Shown here piece after piece: positions 34,886 through 44,397 of a stretch of DNA of 44,397 nt. The translations under genes were made by a program, and so were the position numbers. The DNA comes from Mesotaenium endlicherianum (lineage: Eukaryota): positions 438,319-482,715 of the forward strand of contig WELA01003352.1 in assembly GCA_009602735.1 (NCBI GenBank), read 5' to 3'. The notes below the pieces were generated by a model. It was not told the DNA's origin, ran no database searches, and saw only the letters and a program-made list of their open reading frames with translations. How positions within the stretch are numbered: the stretch's first letter is position 1; every line of letters begins with the position of its first letter.

Positions 34886-36004
34886 GTGGCTTGCTCACAA
34901 GCCTTTGAAGCGCAGTCCAAGCAGCTGAGACTCCAGCGCAAGAAAGATAGTGCACTGGGGGAGAGCCTGCAATAGCTGTGTAATTACAGTGTAGATTTGA
35001 CAGTGGTACCAGATCATGTGGTAAGGATAATGAGTACTATAGCCAGCTGCATGCATGCTAGCTGTAGCAGAGCTAAACCTATGATCATAACTGAGTGAAG
35101 ACCAAACGGCGATATGATGAACAAGAAGCTGGAAACTTAATGACGGCAGTTTTTCGGGCCATTTCTGGCTTGCTGTTTCAGCTTCAAGTAACTTCTAGGA
35201 CGCAAACGTGCAGTAGTTGTGACGATCCCGCACCTGCTGACACGTGGTTACTCATGCCTGGCTAACTTCCTACGCCACGCGACTCCAGGCCACCATTGTT
35301 TACTACGCACTATTCTTCATTATGGAAGTTACCCGGTTTAATCGGGTCCAAGGACCAAAATTTAACCTCGTCATACGAACTTGAGCTAGACTATGCGCTT
35401 CTTATAATAATAACTGAGAAGAACTGTATATTCAGTAGCAGAATCGCAGGCGTCGGAGATAACGAGATTCACGGATGCAGATTTGCCAGGCTAAACCATT
35501 TGACTTCGCGACGATGGGCTTATAGAGGTAAACGAGCGGTGCTTAGCCTCCAAGTACATATGCATGTGTAAGCCTTTACGAGGAAACATGCTTCCGTTGT
35601 TCACAAGTTCCTAGATGAGTCCACTCTCAGTCTCGTTAGATCGCCTCGGCGATTATTGCGCTCCGTGACGCGTCGCTTGATGGTAGAAGAGTCTCATTCC
35701 TTTCCAGCAAGTTCAATGCTGGGCTCCGGAGAAAGAAAGCGCATTCATAAGAGATGACATAATCTTCCGGTCACCAATGTACCACATCATGACGGTTTTC
35801 TCATGCAAAGCTGATCGAGTAAATTCTTAAATTAGTATCGCCAAACGTTCTAATCGAAGCAACTCCAAGCAACTCCAAGCAACTCTCAACTTTCCTTGTA
35901 CCTTGCTCCACATTCCTACTTTAAATCGCTGCCACTTGCCATATTTTTTCCTCGTCAATTTCATGTCGAGCGTCAAGTACCGGATAATGCCGGACATCCT
36001 GCAT

Positions 36005-36078
36005 GCTCCCGAGTCCCGACCATGGTCCCGACTCCCGACTCCCCAGTGCTACCGACCTCCCGACTCCCGACTCCGGAC
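36005..36078 (+). repeat. Degenerate 7-bp tandem repeat (ctcccga)
   Basis: ctcccgagtcccgac..tcccgactcccgactcccc..ctcccgactcccgactccgga; the motif recurs near 36929-36942. A separate (gcaactccaa)x3 lies at about 35859-35890. Confidence 0.7.
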
Positions 36079-38279
36079 CTCATGTCCTGCATCTGTGGTC
36101 ACCGCTACCACTAACAAAATTACAAGCACTGCAGCACACTGCAGCCTGCTGCAGCCTGCCTGACTGTGCAACTTTGACCCGATTCTCCAAGATGACCACG
36201 TGAAAACTACACAAATTCAGAAGCATGAGGAACCACGAGCCCGGGGCGAGGATTGGGACATCCGTCATACCGTGGACTGCCGTAATCGGGCCGTGAAGGC
36301 CTAATGAACCGTATTGAACCCTCCGTTAACCAGATTAAACTACATGAAATGACATGAAAGAGTTATCGACGAAAAGCGAAACACCGAGAAACAGGCGTGA
36401 CCCCATGCGCGCCGGACATGCACAAACTTGCTTGCATGGATATGGCTAAATATTGGCTGGATATAGCTGGATGCTAAAAGTTGCTGTTCGGACTTAGTCG
36501 GTCCAAGTCGGTTTCAGCATACACGTGCACACAACCAGATAACGCTCTTCCTGAAAGTTGACCGAGTCTGAACTGCTCTGAACCGCGGCGAGAACTTTAG
36601 TATATAACTTTCTAGGCGGGGTGAAATGTATAATTGCCGGGCAGGGTGCTGAAAGACCCACGATAAATCAGTAATTTCCCAGCATTTTACTTAGCTGCAC
36701 AAATCTTAGCGAAATAATCAGTGATCGAATCAATTAATTACAAAATTTAATCAAAACAAAACTAATAATTCCGGGAAAATATGGTATTTTTGGCTCCATG
36801 CAAGTTGCGACCTCGATCCGAGTTATAAATCTGGATGCCCGAAAAATTGGACACGTCAAGAACTCTAAAACATACCGTAAGGCTCGAACTGGCTCCCACC
36901 AGCTCCCACTGGCTGTCACCGCACATCTACCGACTCCCGACTGGTCCTGACAGTCTAAAACTGCCGCTATGCCAGCTATGCCCCTCCATGAGCCTGGATC
37001 GGCCTGAATGCCAGGTCAGGTGGATAGTTTACGTGAAGAGTGTAGGCAGAATTTGAAGCGATGCCACCCCCCAAAAAGGGCACTTTTGTGTGCCTGCCTC
37101 TAGGCCACAGTCGGCCAGTGCCCAGACCCCAGCCCCAGCGACCAGTTTCTCACTGCAGCACACCACAGGACCGTACCTGATCGAATGTCACGGAAATTCA
37201 TACAATATGCATGTACGAGAGCGCGAGCCATTCACATGTTTGAGCCCAAATTGCCATACGATCCATCGCCCACGTGTACGGGATGATCCAAAACAGGATC
37301 CAGGCCGATCCAGGCTGATCCAGGCCGCCGGCAGGTTTCGTTTGCGCTGCGCCCGGACGGGGATAGAGGCAAACCGCTCCCAACATGACACGTGACACAA
37401 CAATTTCAAACAAGTAATCGTGACGCCGTTGACATCCGTTTGCATGCAAGCGTGTTAACTTGCTGGCACCGTCGCCGAGGTAACCCGCCAGCTCCCACGG
37501 GAGCGCTATATAAGTCGGTGCACCTGGTTGATTCGGCAAGCGTGCTGATAAGCGTGCGTGGACAATGGGCCCACACAAAATCTTGGACGTGCTCATGTGG
37601 AGGAGTGAAGATGTATTCCCATACATCTTATGTGCGTATGAAATGGTGTTTTTGCACACATGACGATGTGCATTCATGCATGCGCACTCACTCGCGTATT
37701 TGCATGCAAGCATGACGAGTTTGCATATGAGTGTACATATGGTGTGAAGCTCAGCCTACAGTTGAGCGACGTGTGCATGGTCATTTCGTTGCACACATAT
37801 GCATTTACGAGGAGCGTGTGAGAGCTTTTTTATGTGAGTGCGTATGAGGGCGCTTAAATGCTTGTATATGTAAGGGCGCGGACAAAATGCAGAAGATTCA
37901 TTGAGCGGACACACAACCATCCCATGGAGGCCACTATGCATGTACAAACATGGCAATATGCTCCGCGTTGCAACGTTTACCATTTCCATTAGGTTACGTT
38001 CCTAGTCATTATTTTAAGAACGCCTTTCAATAAATTACATGTTTATGTGAACATTCTTAGTAATTATATTGAGAAAATGCATAATTCACATTATGTCTTA
38101 GCTTGTAGAACATTAGTCTTATAATTAAATAGATACTCACAATTGATGTAACTCTAATTTTGAAATTTGCCCGTACAATATCTTTTAGCCGCACAGTGCG
38201 AATTGTGATACGCCGTACAATCGTACAGCATAAATTACGTATAATTTGATTGCCCTACTCATACCCGGTTCATAAACAG

Positions 38280-38505
38280 TTTACATCATGTCGTGCCTAG
38301 CCGTATCGAGGTCAGGGCACGTGTGATGATTTTGCGGACGTGTGGTCGATATGTCGGTGACTCTTCAGGCGTGTATGCACTGCTTGGTCGACTGGTCGAT
38401 GTATTCCTGCACGTCTTGCCTTCTTAGGAGTTCCTTCTATTCTTCTTTGCGTCTTTTTTCTTCTTCTGTCTTCTCTCTCTCCTTCTTACCTTCGTCTTCT
38501 TGGAC
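38280..38505 (-). pseudogene. Isolated decayed exon (charged, K/E/R-rich peptide)
   Basis: Canonical acceptor ctgactcacatttttttgccag| then VQEDEGKKEREKTEEEKRRKEE*KELLRRQDVQEYIDQSTKQCIHA*RV.. with two in-frame stops. Confidence 0.35.
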
Positions 38506-38709
38506 CTGGCAAAAAAATGTGAGTCAGGGTAGAGTGTCCGTGGCTGATGCCTATCACAGGCACCACGCAAGCTAGCCCCTTTCGAGATTGCCGTTGACTT
38601 CGTCATACTCGCATGCATGCATGCTCTTCCTCATTGGTGCCACTGCATTCCTTAAATTATACTGCGTCACTTAGCCTACATGCAGGCTTTGTGACGGTCG
38701 TGCGTGCTC

Positions 38710-41700
38710 GCTAGGCCAGATGATGCCTTAGGCGGTTGGCGATTCGAGATGATGGGAGATGGCTGTAAATTTGATTAGCCAAGGTCTTACCAACGTGATT
38801 AACTCCAAATGGTGCCATCGTAATTGTCGTTAAACAGTAGAACTCTTTCCATGTACATATGCTAAGATTGCTATCGTGTTTGGCGTTCAAAAACAAGGCC
38901 AACTCTCTGTACAAACAGCTGAGGGAATATCAAAATCCAAGGCTGCAAGCCGTTACAAGAATAGTTTATTAGCCTTTTGTATGTATAGCGATTGCATGAA
39001 TGATGCTCCCTACTAGCATTTGACTTGTGAGCATTACTTCCTGTAATTTATTTGTAAATTGTTATGTATAATGATTCAATTAAATGCAGTACTTAATTTA
39101 GTCCAATTTGCTAAATTTCAGTTTATACTCAGTCTGCTGAACTTAAACTTTTATTCAGTATGATGACTCTGCTAAAGACAGCTGGCTGAAGTCAGATCTG
39201 CTTGTTGACGCATTCTTTGACACTCAACTGATCACCTCACCTTTCAAGCGATACTAGCAAACTGTCTAATGATGCATCTAAGTGTAATATGCTAGGTGAA
39301 TGGCCTAATGACACCTTAGGCGGATGGCAATTTGGAATAATGGGAGATGGCTGTGGATTTGGTTAGCCATGGTCCTGCCGACGTAGTTAACTCCCGGGTA
39401 GGCAGTGCCATCGCACTACCCGGTGAACAGCAAAACTCTTTCCATGTACATATGCTAGGTATTAATACGGAATTTGGTATTCGAAAAGAATGCCAACTCT
39501 CTGTACAGACTATTAAGACAATATTTGAATATAAATCTGCAAGCCGTTGCACGAACTACTTACTAACCTTGTTTATGTATGAGTTTTTTGATTGTATGAT
39601 TAATGCTCGTTGACTTGTACGTATTGCTTACGTTGGTTGTGCCGTCGTTCGCTCATTAATAAGTTGGCATTTTGCTAGTACCACTTAAGCTGGTCAGCTG
39701 GCTGTCAAAGAATGTGTCAGCAAGCTGACTTGAGTTAATTTTAGCCTGCTGCTATCGATCGAGTCATTATATTTAGATATGTCGATTCATTTCAATGTAA
39801 CATTTGATTAGCTTTAGACTGCTATAATAAGTTACAATAATTCAATATATTGTGACAACAGCGAGGACTTGGTTCCAGCCATCGATTGACAAAGAAAGAG
39901 TTTTATCTCGTAGTTTCTCGCTGCTCATTGTTACATAGGGCGTAAGTGGGGCCATCTTCACCCAATCTATATCCCTTTTGTGCGCCTTCGTATCACCCTT
40001 GACCAATGTATGTGTGAAGTTGAAGTCTATTTAAGTCAGTTTGCTCACTTATTTTTTGACAGCCAGCTGACGACCTTAAACCAAACTAGCAACTTACCTA
40101 ATAACATCATCTATTGTGATATGCTAGACGAATGACCAAATGACGCCTCAGACGGATGGCAACTCGGAGCGTTAAGAGATGGGTGTTGAAAGGGTCAGAG
40201 TGCCCTAGTGGAAGGGTAGTAAGTCACAAGAAAAGGAACTAGTTGTAGTCATACTAAAGAGTGCAACGGCATATCACTAAGAAAGCTTAGGAAAATTACT
40301 CAACATTTTGAGTAGCAAGAAACTGCTCACAAATGATGTAGGATGGAATGCCTTGTCATTACAAACCCGTAGAAAGTTACAAAAGTTAAAATTGCCCAGA
40401 AATGAAGAAGTTATGCGTATTCATAATTTTCTGCCTAAGTGCTCTTCCCTAGGAGGAAGCTACGGATTTTCCTAAGTGTTCGTCAAATCGTCCTTTCCAG
40501 AATATTCGTGAGTAAGCCAAATCAGTGTAATCTGACGTGTCGGGCAAAATTGACGTCCATATACATGCATCAACATTACTAGAATATTCTATCTGAGACG
40601 CGCTAGGCTAAACCGATACTTCCAGGTAAATCGACCTAGTCGTTACTCCGCGTCAGCCGAACTTACGTGAAGGTTCGAGTTCATTCTAACGGGCCAGATC
40701 GCTCGACGCTGTCGGTCAATCCAACGGTCGCGCTCACCGCGAATTAAGGACAGTCGTCAACTGACCTCAAAACTAATCAAACTTCGGAAATCCATAACTC
40801 TCGCAATACTTGACCAAATTCGATGAACTTTATATCAAAATGATCACAAAAGTGCACTCTACACTTCTATGCAATCAAAACATACTTTGATGAAACTCAA
40901 AGATGCAGTTTATAAACCTATGACCTTACAGGACTAAATTTGGTCACTCAAGGTTACCGACATGGTTAAATCCTGTTTAGGCAATGCTATCGCGTTGCCA
41001 TTGAACATTGAAATGCATTCCATGAATGTGTGCTGGGATTGCTATTGATTTGGCATTCGTGACAAGAACAGCTTTTTGTGGAGACCACGGAGGGAACATT
41101 AGAGTCTGAGGATGACGACGTAAAACAAACTTATGCTTAATCATGAATTTACTGATTGCATGATTGATGCTCTATTAAACTATTACCAGCGTATGACCAT
41201 TGAGTTAACTTGAAATTGCTTGTGGTGATAAGCCTTGTACTTTTTGAATGTTGAATGAAATACTATTAGTGAAATACTATATATTTAGGTGGCAATTAAG
41301 TGTTTACCGTAGATGCATCGCTAGGCGATCCGCTAGTTCGTTTTAAGGCGATGAGCTGGCTGTCAAAGAACTTATCAATAAGATGACTTGGATAGACTCT
41401 AGCCTGTCACACTAGGCTAGGTTAGTAACTAAGTTGAAAATAATTATGATAGTGTATGTCTAATTAAGTATTACAATTGGTTGAATCAACAAGCTGTAAC
41501 CACCACCCTCAGCCTACTCATTTTGTGAAATGCAATCAAAGAACCTCCCTCCCCACAGCGACTTCCAATGTCTAGCATTATCTCCGCTCCAATCAACCAG
41601 CCTTCCAAGACCAAATGACACATACCCGTCCTCCATGTTGATAAGTTTGGCCAACCGCTCCAAGTGAGCTCATTACTCAATAACCCCTTTTTACTTCCTA

Positions 41701-42400
41701 GTCTCTGCGCAGCTAGGCACACCTTCTAACCTCATTAGTTCTAAGCTTTCAAAAAAATCTATGGATTACGTCTTCCATAGACTCCAAGCTATGGTATATA
41801 GTATTACTTTGTTCGTGCATTACCAGCGCTCAATTCACTAAATTAAGCAAACAATTTCTCTGTTCGACTCTTAGTGATATAAATCCGCACATCAAAAGAG
41901 TACAAATTCGCACGCTTTTGTATATCTTAAGTACTATCAACAATTTGGTGTAATGTCGAGGCAACTCAACGTTAACATTTTCAATTAAATGATTTTGCGT
42001 GTTAGATTTCTATACGAACAAATCCTAACCCTGGAGACAAACAATTGCGTTATAGCAAACATTACATCTAAGCGTACATGCCAACGGCAGAACCTTGATT
42101 GTATATACTATTCTATCAATTGTATAGGTCTTTATACCATGCAATTTACCCAACTTTGACTATGGCTCATGCCCTTTGACTAGTAAGGGTAACTCTTGCT
42201 ACCGGTTACAACTTTCCAGACTCCAAACTAGGGTACTACTCTATTGATCACATAGGTCCTTCTCCTTGACATGTACCTAATCTTGAATATGGCTCATGCT
42301 CTTTTATCAGGGTGGTCAGCTGACCGTCAAAGAATGTGTCAGCAAGCCAATCTGAGTTGACTATAGCCTGCTGTCCTCGACAAAGTCAGTACATTAAATA
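38710..42400. mobile_element. Row of related non-autonomous long-TIR elements (three diverged ~320-bp cores, two flanked by inverted ~70-110-bp arms)
   Basis: Cores at ~38710-39010, ~39290-39610 and 40122-40186 plus 40931-41175 (shared gatggc..gggagatggctgt..actctttccatgtacatatgcta..gattgcatga). Arm motif gctagt..cagctggctgtcaaagaatgtgtcagcaag..gactt is reversed at ~39150-39262 and ~40020-40092, and forward at ~39670-39780, ~41330-41410 and ~42313-42400. Confidence 0.65.
40187..40930. mobile_element. Solo-LTR candidate (744 bp) nested in the third TIR-element core
   Basis: Starts TGAAAGGGTCA, ends TGACCTTACA (TG..CA with short imperfect IR); splits a core that is contiguous in the other copies; contains ccataactctcgcaatac..tatatcaaaatga, reminiscent of plant Ty3 LTR sequences. 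Flanks ggtgt/ggact match only 3/5. Confidence 0.55.
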
Positions 42401-42807
42401 CTAGTAAAATTCAGCAAATTGATTAACTATTGCATTCACTAAATTGATAAATCTAACAATACACCGATTCATTACACTAGCTGTTTTGATCTTTTGGTGT
42501 ATAGTGAATTAACCAAAAACACTATAAAGATTACTTGCAAGTTTATTAAGTAATAATTTGTTAAATCACTTTATCTCAATGACCAAGCGCAGTTCAGACA
42601 AACAAAAGAAACAATCTTTTATTGAGACCGTAATGAACCCAATTGTATCCCTTTTTTTGTATGCATAACACATGAAGACGCAATGACTCGCACCAAAAGG
42701 TCACGAGTTCCAAGCTCCTTGCATTGTTCCCTTCTTGTTGCTCCCTATTGGCGCCACTGATCTACTAATAACATGAAATTATCGTCTCTTTCTAAGCAAG
42801 CTCATAG

Positions 42808-42810
<3 letters not shown>

Positions 42811-42881
<71 letters not shown>

Positions 42882-42882
42882 N

Positions 42883-42932
<50 letters not shown>
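42811..42932 (+). repeat. (GA)n microsatellite
   Basis: Directly visible; single N inside. Confidence 0.95.
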
Positions 42933-42934
<2 letters not shown>

Positions 42935-43523
42935 CGCAACGTAGGCTGTCGGCAGGCGCTAGGCATCGTGCAAGCAAGGAAGTGGGAAGCTAAACTAATG
43001 AGCGAAACGTAGCACCAAGAACGAGGAAGAGCAATAGCGATTAGCAATGTTATGGCCGAGAGAGAGAGGGCGTATTCTCGACTTATTGTGCATTCATGAC
43101 GGGCATTACGAGCACCTACACTAGAAGCGAGGAAAACAAGAAGGCACAATCGAACAATATGAGCTTTAAGTCACCACGAACGTAGAGAATATCATCACCC
43201 TCATGAAATTGTACATACAAAGCTAACACCAGAATGGTGTTAGCTTGCGGCCTAAGGAGCGTGCCCTCACAAACTATGTTTAGCTCCTACAAAGTGAAAG
43301 GAAACACTACCTACTACGGAAGATGCATCATCGCGTCATAACAGACAAATGAAAGTGTACTCTAATTACGAAAAGGTACAAAATGAAGGACGAACACAGA
43401 TACGTACAACTCAAGTCAAAAGGTAACCCAACTTCTCCTCACCTCTTACTTTCCCTATCTTCTAGCGAACACGGGGGCACACCCGACGGGATCGCTTATG
43501 GTACGTAATGGTCTCGCTGTAGC

Positions 43524-43984
43524 GATACGAACAAAAAGGTTCCTTGAGGTACTTAGATTGCGCGCCAATTACACTTGTACAATCTAAACCGACACTTCCG
43601 GCCGCATCCGGGACGTGTCGCATGCGCCGCAACCGGCCACGTGGCAGATTGTTACACTCCTCCCACCTACAAGTGTGCACGTCCCGGCACCTATTCCCCC
43701 GCGGCGCGAGGGACATTGTTTTGGAATAGTATCCTTTTTTTGTACAATCCAAAGATCGCCGTACGGTCGTACCATCGACGAGTTTTGCACCTCGCGGGAT
43801 TTGAATCCTCGTCTCCTGCAAACGATTGCGTACGTTCATGCTCCGATACCATTGATACGAACAAAAAGATTACTCGGGGTACTTAGATCGCTCGCCAATT
43901 GTACTTATTCAATTCAAATCGACACTTCTGGCCGCATCTGCGACGTGTCGCACGCGCCGCAACCGGCCACGTGGCGGATCGTTA
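43524..43984 (+). repeat. Two diverged direct copies of a 131-bp unit (43524-43654, 43854-43984; period 330 bp)
   Basis: gatacgaacaaaaag..ggtacttagat..gccaatt..cgacacttc.ggccgcatc..gacgtgtcgca.gcgccgcaaccggccacgtggc.gat.gtta in both copies. Confidence 0.85.
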
Positions 43985-44311
43985 AACTAGCCATGGACAG
44001 TAGGGGATCATACTGGGTACTCGCGTCGACCCTTCAGGCGAGCGAACCTGAGGGTCGTCCCTCACACGTGTGGGCGGCAACACCACGTGTGGAGGTAGAG
44101 AAAGAGCGCGTGATCTGGGGGGAGCCTCACAGCTGCTCCACAGCAGATCCTCTTGAGCAGACTATGGGTCCCAGTGTTCACCACCACTGCCCACAGTCTA
44201 GACCCTCCTCACCTACCACCCTAACCCAACTAATCACTAAGACCTGACATTGACTCTCCACCCTCTTATCCTACTACTAGACATTAAAGGTACTCAACAA
44301 GGACGTGCATG

Positions 44312-44315
<4 letters not shown>

Positions 44316-44397
<82 letters not shown>
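44316..44397 (+). repeat. (GA)n microsatellite running to the window end
   Basis: Directly visible. Confidence 0.95.

Noticed and set aside
37495..37580. TATATAA plus TGGGCC as a promoter
   Set aside because: No downstream gene or transcript can be supported from the sequence.
38710..42400. Repeat-spacer pattern as a CRISPR-like array
   Set aside because: Repeats are long, diverged and in both orientations, in a eukaryotic context with no cas genes; a TE origin fits better.
42680..42725. tRNA/SINE-like fragment (accaaaaggtcacgagttccaagctcc)
   Set aside because: Only a loose B-box resemblance; no A box or cloverleaf can be built.

Overview
Eukaryotic nuclear DNA: intron-rich, GT-AG introns, GC3-rich exons, many microsatellites and N gaps. 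Gene content and protein similarity point to a streptophyte alga or early-diverging land plant (inference). Nearly all ORFs in the supplied track are spurious; real genes appear only after splicing. I reconstructed five protein genes by hand: (1) the 3' 13 exons of a plant-type Mfd/TRCF helicase (At3g02060-like, +, 548-12662; 5' part outside the window); (2) a 2-exon, 167-aa tRNA-splicing endonuclease SEN15-like gene (-, 16112-17435), head-to-head with (3) a 3-exon Mediator subunit MED28 (+, 18270-20339); (4) a 10-exon, 709-aa MS2/FAR2-type fatty acyl reductase with a long N-terminal extension (+, 23002-29326); (5) a 3-exon STAR1/ABCI17 ABC ATPase (-, 32465-34713; exon 2 broken by a single-N join). 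Non-genic DNA holds two copies of a small element with Helitron2/Helentron-like ends but different cores, an RTE-LINE relic, a row of long-TIR elements with a nested solo-LTR candidate, and decayed coding fragments. Protein identifications are by eye against remembered reference sequences, not database searches.
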